Positions 25,119-36,719 of a stretch of DNA of 64,000 bases are shown piece by piece. The notes under the pieces were generated by a model that saw only the letters and a list, made by a program, of their open reading frames with translations, had not been told where the DNA came from and made no database searches. The position numbers were made by a program, and so were the translations under genes. Every line of letters begins with the position of its first letter. The stretch's first letter is position 1. The stretch comes from Chiloscyllium plagiosum (lineage: Eukaryota). The stretch covers positions 45,014,326 to 45,078,325 of the forward strand of contig NC_057736.1 of NCBI RefSeq assembly GCF_004010195.1, given 5' to 3'.

Positions 25119-26960
25119 TCATTTCATGACAACTACATGGCTTATACAAGTATAATTAGTCCATTTAATCGAGTCAAGTGCCTCCTCTGGTGAGTCATTA
25201 TCCAGAGGAGCAGAGTCTGAAAGATACTGGATTTCAGCATGGGAATTCAGGCATGGAGGTACAGGAGTAGACAAGGGTCGATTAACCAGATTCCTTTTTG
25301 GCTTAAGCGAAAAGCAATGTACAGTCCATTTTATGCATAAGTGGACAACAATGTATATTCGTAGAATGAGACCAAGGACTATCAGTAAGTCCCCATGATC
25401 CACCCGTACAGCGACCATAGCCAGCAAATAACATTCCATCCACATGAATCAGATGACGGTGTGGCAGGTATCTTTCCTGTGTCTTGATCTACTTTGTTGC
25501 TAACATCTATGTCATCCAAAATGTCCTTTGAGAAATCATCGTTGTAGGTGCAATATTGTGGGCCAAATACTGAGCAAGCGCCTCCTTCTTTCGCAAGGAA
25601 GAAATCTAACACTAGCCGATTTTGAAGCGTCATCATCCGGGTCTCCTGTAACAATTTGTTCACCAGCCTCAGAGTGTGGGCAGTTCAGTTGGCAAATTTT
25701 TCGGTCAAGTGCAAGGTCACTTACCTGATTTAGGGCCATCTTAACACCTCAGCCAGGAATACGATTTCCCAGCAACCTGGAACTCCAGGTTTGTTGATGG
25801 AAGAGGTTGTGTAAATTCCGTTTTATTTTTTTCTCTTTTTTTAGTTCCGTATTGATTCACTTCATCTACTTCAGCTATTTCATGGTGGAGGGTAAAAAGT
25901 GGTAAGGTGTGTACTAGGGCATGACGTCCCTACCACTGTATGGGTAGGCTTTGTTTTCGCATAGCCAATGAAGGTTAAAAGGAGTTTCAAGAGTGCACTT
26001 CTGTGAGTGAATGACTAGTCCACTCAGCAAGAGCTGAATCTTGTAAACAGTGTGTGCTATCAAACATTCAGTTGTCCAAGCATATTAATGGATGGAGAGT
26101 AGGAATACAAGCAGTGTCTTTGGTAATATTTTTACATAGTTTTTGTTTCACTTGCCCCATGTCGTGGGTACCGGAAAGTCTTTCAACGTATCATTCTAAC
26201 AGTGGAACAATGTTAACGTTGAATCCTTTAGGTTTGTTAGTCCACTTCGTACAGCAACGCGCTTCTTCTACCAAATGGGTTTTTTCATCACAAATGAGGG
26301 ATTGCATAAGTGGGTGAGTCCTATTTACACACTGTACATCAGAATGATGGAAGAGTGAGCAGATAACACATGGATCGGGGGTTTAGTTTGAATAAATAAA
26401 CCATTAATAACAGAAGGAGGATTGGGAGTGTAAAGTATTTTTGGTCTTTCTTCATTTTTCCAGCTTATCTTGTTGATTATAGTAGCTACTGAATACAGGA
26501 AACGTGTGAAGGTATTTCTATCAGTGGCGATAGTTCGAATAGGAGAGGATTCCTTTGAGAAAGTATAGGTGGTCAGTCTCATGACAATAGGTGACAGGAT
26601 TTGGTGATTTTGGTACTATGTGCTCAATACTGCAATCTTTATGGTTCATTTTCAGAGGGGAGCAGACAAACATTTCAAAGTTTTCAGTTGAGGGAGCGGA
26701 TGAGATTATAGAATTGTGACTGGCATAGAAGTGCTGACACAATGTGAGTAATTTGAATGAGTTTCAGCTGGGCAGCTGCACTCATGACTTTCAATGACAT
26801 TAGTACAGGTTTCAGTTATACAGTCACATTGGAATTTTTGCCGGTCTAAGATATCTCAGATGAGTTGGTTACATCTGGGAGCATGTACTTTGGTTGGGTT
26901 TTTATCGGATGCATGTATCAGTACTAACACTAAGACTGTGAGGGGGATACAAGCTTGCAA
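25119..26960 (-). pseudogene. env: Gamma-type envelope (SU-TM), frameshifted
   Basis: HWLCENKAY SU motif; basic cleavage site KIKR (25818-25829); immunosuppressive domain LQNRLVLDFFLAKEGGAC followed by CX6(Y)C; hydrophobic TM anchor; tail ends at the PPT. Confidence 0.88.
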
Positions 26961-26984
26961 TGTCCTTTGCAGACCATGTTGAAC

Positions 26985-28060
26985 ATCCTACCTTTACTGC
27001 AGTTTCAGTCGTCAAAAGAACTTGATAAGGACTTTTCCAGCAGGGGCCCAATTTTTCACGGTTAAAGTCTTCAATAGTACGTAGTCACCAGGGTTGATGT
27101 CTTTAAATGTTGGAGCTCTTTCTTCTTCCTTCCTTGGTACTCGATAGGCTTCTTTGACCTGTTGATGATAAGACTGCAATGCTTTGGTTAGCTTAATCAG
27201 ATATCTGTGCATTTCTTCTACCATGACATACACGTCAACAGGGTGTTGGGCAGTTAATGGTGCAGACCAGGGAGTCCTCAGGGACTTTCCATAGATCAGT
27301 TCAGCCACCGAGAATCCCGTCTTATTCTGTGTCATGGTTCTCATATTAAAAAGGGCAATTGGAAATACTTGCAGCCAATTAAGGCCTGTACCTTCTACCA
27401 ATTTGCTTAGTTAATCTTTTAAGGTACATTGGCTCTTTCTACAATTTCTCCTGTTCAGGGATGGTTGGCACAATGGAATTTTTGATTCATATCCAAACTC
27501 TTACATAGTGCCTTGTTTAGTTCCGCACAGAAGTGGGGGCTATTATCAGAAGAGACCATTACTGGCATTCCAAATATGGGTATGATTTCCCTTGGTAGAA
27601 TTTTACAAGTAGTTGTTGATGTGCAGTCAGTACAGGAATAAGTTTCAATCCATTTTCTAAATAGTTCGATTATCACTAAGCAATACTTGTAACAATGACA
27701 TTGAGGTAACTCTATAAAATCTAACTGGACAGTGTCAAAAGGTGCACTTGACAAGGAAGTTTCAGCCGGTGGACACTTTACTCCTTTCCCAGGATTATGC
27801 ATTTGACAAATTAGGCAATTTGCAACTGTTTGTTTTGCTCTTTCTTGCAGGTGGGGATTCCACCAAGTTTGGAGAATTCTGTCCGCCATTCCCTCCTTAC
27901 CTACATGCGTGTGGGTATGAAGATAATCAACTAGAATAGGCAAAAGTGAGTTGGGTAGACATGTCTGTCCTACTGGCGTAACCCAAAGCTTATTGTAACT
28001 ATTTACATAACAACCATGGTCCATCTATTTTTGTTTTTCATCATCAGAGGCGTCCCACCG
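26985..28060 (-). pseudogene. pol: Retroviral integrase
   Basis: HTHTHVG...CLICQ zinc finger; QLDFIEL; SSDNSPHF; HCANHP; GPY/F-like WKSPYQVLLTTETAVKV. Confidence 0.92.
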
Positions 28061-28139
28061 ATTGGTCCGTATTTGCTCTAGGTCAGGCATGGTCGGGTTG
28101 TCAGGAGAAGAAATAGGAGAGCCTCCCTTTCGTTTCCTA

Positions 28140-29020
28140 TTTGTCATTTGAGAAACAATGTCTTTTTGCTCAAAAGCTGATTTCTTAGCAGCCGCATCAG
28201 TGGCATTGTTGCCTTTAGTGACATCGAAAGCATCAGGGCAGTGAGCAGAACATTTGATAATTGCCAGTTGTGAGGGAAGTTGATTAACAACATAGGCAGC
28301 ATTGAGGAGAGGGGATCCTGATAAGGTAAGGAAGCCATGTTGCTGTCAGAGTTGACCAAAATCATGGGCACATCCAAAAGCGTAGTGGGAATCAGTATAG
28401 ATATATGCTGACTTACCTTTAGCAAGTATACAAGCACAGGTGAGAGTAAGGAGCTTGCTGGACGGAACAGGGTAGCTTGACAGAATAAGATTCTATTGTA
28501 TGAACAAAGTGACAATCGCATATCCTGACATGCGTTTGCCCTCTGGAGAAATAGAAGAACTATCGACATAAAGTGTAAAGTCAGGGTTAACAAGAGCCCG
28601 ATCTGTAAGATCAGGATGTGGTTTAGTAACAAGCTCATTTTTGAGAACATAATCATGGGGAGGATCAGGCAATTCAAGAGGTTCTCCCTGCAGAGATATG
28701 GCAAGGTTAATGTTGGAGCAGTATTTATAAGAGAGAAGCCGATTCTGAAGTAATGAAATCTCATAGCGATTGAGACAAACCGTAGTGAGTTGTTGAGTAC
28801 GTTTAGAGATAATCAAGGATGTTGCAGGATGAGAGTTACAGACTTCTACATTTTGATGTCAAGTTATATTAGAGGCAGCCACTACCACAGTATGGATGGC
28901 TGAGAGAATATGGGTGCAGGAAAGCATACTCTGAACAACGGGTCAAGCTTAGTTGAATAAAATGCAACAGGGTGTCAAGTGTAATCATATTGCTGGGCGA
29001 GAACAGCTGTAGCACAGGTG
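28140..29020 (-). pseudogene. pol: RT connection domain plus RNase H
   Basis: CATAVLAQ...HPVAFYSTKLDP, TLYVDSSS, YTDSHYAFG, AIIKCSAH, GNNATDAAAK; no upstream LPQG/YxDD region. Confidence 0.88.
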
Positions 29021-30466
29021 TCAAGGATGAGAAAGGGTTTTGTGCTGTAAAAGGGGCAACCTGCCGAGATCTGTGGAGAGGGCGACCAAGAGGTTGCCAG
29101 TTGCTTCCACTCTGGCATTCAACCAGGGGCTGCTTTGGGAAAGGGCAGTCCTTGGATCAATGTCCTGGTTGATTACAATTGAAACAAACATGTGGTTTTT
29201 GTGGGATGCTCTGGGGTGGAGGAGGCGATGAAGAGTAGTGAGAGGAAGTATAGGGAGTAAGGGCATCATGGACTGTTGGGGAATATACATAGGAGGACCC
29301 CAAGGTTCATTGGGATGTTGTGAATACACGGTACCAGTCCTACTGTCCTGCCATACTGGATGATAGTACGAGGATTCCATTTGATAGCCTGGCTGACCTT
29401 GCAGATGGAAAGGTCTGTTTTGAATCCTGGATTTAGGTTTAGCCCCTGTAGTTTGGGCAAGTTCTGTCTTGACCTTGCCGATGGTAGCCTAACTGGTGTG
29501 ATCCTTTAATTCCTATAAGTAACAAACCTCTCGGCTGAATTGTGCAACCTTGGCATCTTGCCAGTGGATGGTAAGAGTTTTAATAGCTTTCTGTACATGA
29601 TCAGGTAAGACAGTCATACAAAGGGCATTAAATTGGGGTGATCGCCTTAGTGGGTAGTTATAATTACTACAGTAGGTGCCACAGCATTCCTTAAAATGGG
29701 TAAGGAACTCTTCAGCTCCTTCACCCAAGCTGGGTTTACATGTTAAGAGTTCACCCACATCAACTGCATGACGCATTGCTTGATGGAGACAGGTAATAAT
29801 CCAATCTGATCTGTTAGGTTCAGCCTGGTGTCAGACTACAAGCTGGGTATGATTATTACATTGACAAATTTCTAAGAACCTCAGCCCATTTTTCAGGCGA
29901 AAGGGTGTACTTTATGAGGTGAGGTAGGTCTTGGGAGGCTGCATTATAAATGGTCCTATTCCTATTAATGTAATTAACAAATCCCTCAGGTTTCTTTCCA
30001 TAATCTGGAGCCTTATTGATAATGCTTGAGAGTTCATGAGGTTTCCATGGTTGATAAAGATCCACAAATTAGGCTTGTCCCAAATTCAGAGCCTGTGGTT
30101 AGGAACTCTTCTTTTTGGGAAATTTCTCTTTGGCCCTCCCACATCAGGGTGAGTGCAGGGACTGATATTAGGTCCCGAAACTTTGATTGCAATTCTTCAA
30201 TGTCTTTGGGATTTATTAGTATAGGGGCAGTGGAAATCAAAGGAGTCCCTTCAGTGTTCCCTCCACGTTTTAATTTTAATTGACTCCTAGTGCAGTGGGC
30301 TACAGGTTCGTGGTAAGCTGAATCCTTATTTAACTGGAGGAAGGGCATGGGCCTTGGCACGTTCGTCATCAGAATAGAGAAGGGAGTTCAGGCAAATTTT
30401 TGTTTTAGTGTTTTCGCCTTGGCTGCACTGTGGGTGTGATTTGATCTTATCTAGAGTTACACCCAT
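29021..30466 (-). pseudogene. gag: Retroviral gag (frameshifted)
   Basis: Candidate start MGVTLDKIKS; PVAHCTRS; capsid-like YQPWKPHELSSIINKAPD; zinc knuckle CFNCNQPGH*SKDC at 29145-29186. Confidence 0.82.
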
Positions 30467-30633
30467 ATATATCCTACCTACTTTAGATTGTCACAAAACT
30501 ACTGATTTACAGCGGCTCCAACCCCAAAAATAAACACACAACACCGACATAAAACACAACATGTAGTCACCAACGAACAAATGTGCATTCAAACCGAATC
30601 TCAAAGGGTTAAACTTTCTGCAAGCTGTATGGA

Positions 30634-30637
<4 letters not shown>

Positions 30638-30675
<38 letters not shown>

Positions 30676-30703
30676 ACTCACTCACTCACTCACACACTCA
30701 CAC
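30638..30703. repeat. (CT)n(CACT)n microsatellite in ERV leader
   Basis: Directly visible. Confidence 0.95.
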
Positions 30704-30980
30704 ATTTTAGAAGATAACAACCCAACAACGAACAGCAAGACTAATTATTTCTGCAAAGCATTCTCGGCATTCTAAAACCCTTACAGTTTCTGTTTTTAAT
30801 ACCTATTTAAACAATCTCATTTAAGGTTCCGTCAGGGTACTGAGAGAATGAAATGTGGGAAGCCAGATAAAGATGCAGACCGAGAGCAATCAAGGTACCT
30901 TGTAGGCCCATTGGTCTCAAGTCTGACCCTTAAGTGAGGCTCCTCTTTTCCAGTTTCACTCAAACGTATCCTTTGTCGGA

Positions 30981-30998
30981 ACCCTGCTCATAGTGCCA
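30981..30998 (-). promoter_or_regulatory. ERV primer-binding site, tRNA-Ser type
   Basis: Minus strand TGGCACTATGAGCAGGGT, 3 nt after the 5' LTR; resembles vertebrate tRNA-Ser 3'-end complements (TGGCGCTGTGAGCAGGAT, TGGCGCAGCGAGCAGGGT). Confidence 0.8.
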
Positions 30999-31001
30999 AA
31001 T

Positions 31002-31665
31002 TGTTAAAAGTACAGATTTGAGATGGCCCAGGGAATTCCTTATGAACTTAACCTGTAAGCCTTTCTTATGGTTCGTCCCGGAGATTGTACTCTTTAGTGG
31101 TCTGGAATAAAAAAAATTCTTAAAGACAGTTTAGTTAATTTTAATCATCCCCTTCAATTACTAATAGCATTACTGTTACAACATAACATTGATACCTATA
31201 CGTCAAGCTAACTGGATTCTATTAATCCAGAAGAGTAGAAATCGCTCTTCTTTCAAGAGCCCTGGCCAGCTACTCTGTTGTACTATCACAAACAAACTAT
31301 CTTTATATACCACTTTACAAAGGCTGTATTGTCACAAACGCAAAAAGTTAACAAAAGCACTGCATGTTTTGAACTAGACAGATAATAGTGAAGGACAATA
31401 TTTCGGGAGAGAAGTTAATTGATACAGAGTTTTGTTCCACGGTCAGAATTAAACATTGTTTATTAATTTCACAAAGGAATAGCCGTGAATGTTATCACTC
31501 GGTGTCTTGTTCATACAGATTCACTGATGTTAAGGCAAATGTTCTTATTCATTTTATCTTTCCTGCCATACCATTTTCTAGTGTGCAGCAAATGTATTCT
31601 ATAATTCAAAATTACATTTTAGTCTAAATGTTTAAGGACAACATTTGAGGCTATAAACTTTCTCA
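31002..31665 (-). repeat. ERV 5' LTR
   Basis: 664 bp, TG...CA ends, direct repeat of 24452-25105. Confidence 0.95.
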
Positions 31666-33049
31666 GGATGGGAAAGGAAACTGCAAGGGATGGGCACAAT
31701 TGAAACATGGAGCTTGTTCAAGGAACAGCTATTGTGGATCCTTGATAAGTATGTACCTGTCAAGCAGGGAGGAAATGGTTGAGCAAGGGAACTGTGCTTT
31801 ACTAAAGAAGTTGAATCTCTTGTCAAGAGGAAGAAGGAGGCTTATGTAAAGATGAAAGGTGAAGTTAGGGCACTTGAGTGTCACACATTAGCCAGGAAGG
31901 ACCGAAAGAGAGAGCTAAGAAGAACCAAGAGGGGACATGAGAAGTCTTTGGCAGGTAGGATCAAGGAAAGCCCTAAAGCTTTCTATAAGTATGTCAGGAA
32001 TAAAAGTAGTAAGATTAGGGCCTGTCAAGGACAGTAGTGGGAAGTTGTGTGTGGAGTCCGAAGAGTTAGGAGAGAAGCTAAAGTGAATATTTTTTGTCAG
32101 CATTGCCAGAAAAAGACAGTGTTATAGAGGAGAATACCGAAATACAGACTATTAGACTAGATGGGATTGAGGTCCATAAGGAGGAGGTGTTAGCAATTCT
32201 GAAAAGTGTGAAAATAGGTAAATCCCCTGGGGCGGATGGGATTTATTCTAGGATTCTCTGGGAAGCTAGGGAGGAGAATTGTACAGCCTTTGTCTTTGAT
32301 CTTTATGTCGTCATTGTCGACAGGAATAGTGCCAGAACACTGGAGTTTAGCAAATGTTGTTCCTTTGTTCAAGAAGGGGAATATAGACACCCCTGGAAAT
32401 TATAGACTAGTGAGCCTTACTTTGGTTGTGGGTGAAATGTTAGAAAGGATTATAAGAGATAGGATCTATAATCTTCTAGAAAGGAATAATTTGATTAGGA
32501 TAGTCAACACGGTTTTTTGAAGGGTAGGTCATGTCTCACAAAATTGAGTTCTTTGAGAAAATTACCAGACAGTTGGATAAGGGTAAAGCATTTGATGTGG
32601 TGTATATGGATTTCATTAAAGCATATGATAAGATTCCTCGCGGTAGGCTATTGCAGAAAATATGTAGGCATGGGATTGAGGGTAATTTAGCAGTTTGGAT
32701 CTGAAATGGGATTTTGTACACTACATTAGTTATGCTCATGCTGGGTATCGGGTCCTTCGTTTTGGTGAGTTGTTGTCTGAGAGTGGCTGTTGGTTTGTGT
32801 GCTGTTATAAGTCCTAGTGGTCGCAGTAGTCTGGCTGTCATTTCAGAGATGTTCTTGATGTATGGTAGTGTGGCTAGTCATTCGGGTTGCGGCATGTCCT
32901 CCTTCTGTTGTCTCTCCCTTAGGCATCTGTTGATGAAATTGCGAGGATATCCGTTTTTTGCGAATACCTTGTATAGGTGTTCCTCTCCCTCTTTTTGCAG
33001 TTCTGGTGTGCTGCAGTGTGCATTCCTAGACGTGAGGGTACTTTTTGTT

Positions 33050-33089
33050 GCAAACGTTTCGTCCTCTGTCTAGTTGACATCCTCAGTGC
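33050..33089 (-). ncRNA. Minimal hammerhead ribozyme motif
   Basis: GCA-CTGAGGA-TGTCAACT-AGAC-AGAGGAC-GAAACGTT-TGC. Confidence 0.7.
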
Positions 33090-33518
33090 TTGGGAGCCTC
33101 TTGTGAAGCGCTTCTGTGGTGTTTCCTGCGGCATTTATAGTGGCCTGTCCCTGCTGCTTCCGGTTGTTAGTTTCAGCTGTCCGCTGTAGTGGCCGGTATG
33201 TTGGGTCCAGGTCGATGTGTTTGTTGATGGGGTTTGTGGATGAGTGCCATGGTTCTAGGAATTCCCTGGCTGTTCTTTGTTTCGCTTGCCTTTTAATGGT
33301 AGTGTTGTCCCAGTCGAATTCATGTTGCTTGTCGTCAGCGTGGGAATTCCTAGAAGCATGGCACTCATCCACAAACTCCATCAACAAACACATCGACCTG
33401 GACCCAATATACCGGCCACTACAGCGGACATCTGAAACTGACAACCGGAAGCGGCAGGGACAGGCCACTATAAATGCCGGAGGAAACACCACAGAAGCGC
33501 TTCACAGGATGCTTCCAA

Positions 33519-33558
33519 GCACTGAGGATGTCACCTAGACAGGGGACGAAACGTTTGC
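33519..33558 (+). ncRNA. Minimal hammerhead ribozyme motif
   Basis: GCA-CTGAGGA-TGTCACCT-AGAC-AGGGGAC-GAAACGTT-TGC. Confidence 0.78.
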
Positions 33559-34289
33559 AACAAAAACTTCCAGCTCGGCGAACAGAACCACAGCATGGTA
33601 CAAATTCTTAACTGATCTACCTAGACAATCATCCTAAAATTACCCATTTTCCCCAAGCCAGCATTTAAATGTGACAGGCAAAAGATTAGTAGTGGAGGTT
33701 AGATATTAGGTTAAAGATGGAAAGAGAAAAAAAAATAGTAAGCCACATTGTGGATTTAGAGTATTTGAATCTCAGACTAGCAGTTCCAATATCTGAATGT
33801 ACTCAACCCCTCTGAGTAGCTCTATGACAGTTGGGTGATGAAACTTAAGCTTTTGAAAGAGTTACTGAGTTGGATTGTTTCCTTCATCTGGGCAGTCTCG
33901 TCATGATACACTAATAATTAGACACTCATGATACGGTTCCTCACTGAAAACAGTCTTTCAATTCAACCTATACTGCTCCACTCACTGTTATGTGTTCTTT
34001 GCTTCAAGCAGTGTCCCTGTGGTTCCTTACCAAGCAGGTATTCACAATGTGTCTCCTGTCGAGGAGCAATGCTTCCTTGGATCTTACTGCTCAAGCTGTA
34101 GCCATTGACTAAACACACAGGATTGCGGAGTTTGGCTTTACAACTCCAACCCCTCAATTTCCCCTCCAGATTGTAACTTTTCTTCATTGGTCATGTTTGC
34201 ACCTGTTGTGATATCAGAGGGTTATATTCCCTCTCAGCTTTGTTTGGTGTTGTGCAGCATGGGTGTGACTGATCACGGACAGTCCTCAA

Positions 34290-34752
34290 ATACGCAGAGA
34301 AAAAATGAGGTACGAAGGTAAACTGGCCAAAAATATAAAGGAGGATAGTAAAAGCTTGTTTAGGTATGTGAAAGGCAAAAAAATGGTTAAGACTAAAATT
34401 GGGCCCTTGAAGCCAGAAACAGGGGAATGTACTGCGGGGAACAAAGAAATGGCAGAAGAACTGATTTGTTACTTCAGATCTATGTTCACTGGGGAAGACA
34501 CAAAACATCTCCCTGAGGTAACAGTGGCTGAAGGACCTGCACTTAAGGGAATTTATATTTGCCAGGAATTGGTGTTGGAGAGACTGTTAGGTCTGAAGGT
34601 TGATAAGTCCCCGGGGCCTGATGGTCTACACCCCAGAGTACTGAAGGAGGTGGCTCGAGAAATCGTGGATGCGTTGGTGATTATTTTCCAGAGTTCGATA
34701 GATTCGGGATCAGTTCCTGTGGATTGGAGGGTGGCTAATGTTGTACCACTTT
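34290..34752 (+). mobile_element. CR1 LINE ORF2 internal fragment
   Basis: KSPGPDGLHPRVLKEVAREIVDAL, WRVANVVPLF. Confidence 0.88.
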
Positions 34753-35034
34753 TTCTAAATTCCATTTCCCACAGAATGTTTTAATCTGGCTTGATTGCGG
34801 AATAATTGGTCAACCAATCCATTTAATAAAAATAACTTTTTCACATATCGAACTCTGAGGCATGGCCAAAGATGTAAACAATGCAAATCAAAATGCGTCT
34901 CTTTCTTTACAAAGTCTGCAAGAATATTTATTTCCTTAGTGTGTCTTGGATTCTTTTAAGTTTTACCCACAGAAAATTTTCCAACCCCAGCAATATGTTA
35001 TGTCCACTTATACGTCCAAGTCTGCACTTTTTAA

Positions 35035-35996
35035 AGAACAATGCAGCACAGGAACAAGCCCTTGGCCCTCCAATCCTGCAATGACACCTTTTGCCCTTTC
35101 ATACTAAAACTGTCTTCATTCACAGGATCTGTATCCTTCTATTTCTTTACGGTAAAGAGAGTGGTAAAGGCGTGGAATGCCCTACCTGCGAATGTAGTCA
35201 ACTTAGCCACATTAGGGATATTTAAACAATCCTTAGATAAGCACATGGATGATTTTGGATAGTGTAGGGGGACAAGCTGAGAATAGTTCACAGGTCGGTG
35301 CAACATTGAGGGCCGAAGGGCCTGTTCTACGCTGTATTGTTCTCTGTTCTATATTCTATTCCATTGCTATTCATGTTATCGTCCAGGTGCTTGTCAAATG
35401 CTGCCGTTGTGTCTGCCTCCACCACCTCCTCCTGCAGCACACCTCAGGCACTCACCACCCTCTGCCTGAAAAACCCACCTTGCACTCCTCCTCCAAAATT
35501 GAGGGAGTGCAGTGTAGGTTCACGAGGTCAATTCCTGGAATGGCGGGACTACCTTACGCTGAAAGACTGGAGCGATTGGGCTTTTATACCCTTGAGTTTA
35601 GAAGACTGGGAGGGATCTGATTGAGACTTATAAGATTATTAAAGGATTGGACACTCTGAAGGCAGGAAACATGTTTCCGCTGATGGGTGAGTGCCGAACC
35701 AGAGGACACAGCTTAAAAATACGGGGTAGATCATTTAGGACAGAGATGAGGAGAAACTTCTTCACCCAGAGAGTGGTGGGTGTGTGGAATGCTCTGCCCC
35801 AGAAGGCAGTGGAGGCCCAGTCTCTGGATTCATTTAAGAAAGAGTTAGATAGAGCTCTCAAGGATAGTGGAATCAAGGGTTATGGAGATAAGGCAGGAAC
35901 AGGATACTGATTAAGGATGATCAGCCATGATCATATTGAGTGGTGGTGCAGGTTTGAAGGGCAGAATGACCTACTCCTGCATCTATTGTCTATTGT
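35035..35996. mobile_element. Cluster of CR1 3' ends (well-preserved plus copy 35497-35996)
   Basis: RTRGHSLKIRGRSFRTEMRRNFFTQRVVGVWNALP and (CTATTGT)n tail; older fragments in both orientations upstream. Confidence 0.85.
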
Positions 35997-36363
35997 CCCC
36001 AAGTTCAATTCCCCAGTGATTGTGTGGGTGGAAGGGGAGTGGGAGCTAATATAAATTGTGAACCTTATACAGAGTCCCAGCCTTTTCTGATAAATTTTAA
36101 AATTTAATGTCTGAAGTTAATTATAGAAGCAAAAGTTAGAAAGAATAGACAAGGTTGCAGCAGCACACTTTACCTTATATTCTCAAATCTATCTGATGCA
36201 GATGCATCTGTCTGTAAAAGTATCAGTGGGAGTAACAGCACATCGTAATTGTGGAAATAAAGTTACATCTTTACACTGAGGATAGGCTGCATCATATTGT
36301 ATGGCACTACTGCTGTGATGAATGAGATAGACTTTTGAACAGATTTTAGTCCGGTCTTTCGTG

Positions 36364-36683
36364 AGATTAGATTAGATTAGATTCCCTACAGTGTGGAAAC
36401 AGGCCCTTTGGCCCAACAAGTCCATACTGACCCTCCGGAGAGTAACCCACCCAGACCCATTTCCCTCTGACTAATGCACCTAACAGTAGAGGCAATTTAG
36501 AATGGCCAATTCACCTGACCTGCACATCTTTGGACTGTGGGAGGAAACCGGAGCACCTGGAGGAAATCCACGCAGACACGGGGTGAATGTGCAAACTCCG
36601 CACAGACAGTAGAGGCTGGAATTGAACCAGGGACCCGGGTGCTGTCAGGCAGCAGTGCTAATCACTGAGCCACTGTGCTGCCC
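36364..36683 (-). mobile_element. HE1/V-SINE-like SINE
   Basis: (AGATT)n tail on the plus strand; reverse complement of the 13445 copy. Confidence 0.92.
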
Positions 36684-36719
36684 TGTGGACCATCAACTAC
36701 AGCAGAATTTTTCTGAGAA

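Larger units (their letters stand above)
24452..31665 (-). mobile_element. Class I (gamma/epsilon-like) endogenous retrovirus lacking protease and RT
   Basis: Two TG...CA LTRs, PBS, PPT (AAAAGGATGGAA, 25106-25117), 4-bp TSD GAAT/GGAT; gag, RNase H, integrase and env remnants. Confidence 0.93.
24381..32700 (+). mobile_element. CR1 LINE ORF2 segment split by the ERV (24381-24451 and 31666-32700)
   Basis: KSPGADGIYSRILWEAREE, WSLANVVPLFKKG, GNYRLVSLTLVVG, FDVVYMDF. Flanks rejoin as ...GCATA-G(G/A)AT-GGGAAAGG. Confidence 0.85.
32703..33594 (-). mobile_element. Penelope (Poseidon-like) fragment with inverted pseudo-LTR pair
   Basis: HLYKVFAKNGYPRNFINRCL, LPYIKNISEMTARLLRPLG, NVVYKIP; GIY-YIG C-terminus HEFDWDNT...AREFLE. 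225-bp inverted arms at 33042-33266 and 33342-33566. Confidence 0.9.

Noticed and set aside
33070-33538. Two mirror-image 140-aa ORFs
   Set aside because: Artefact of the Penelope inverted repeat.
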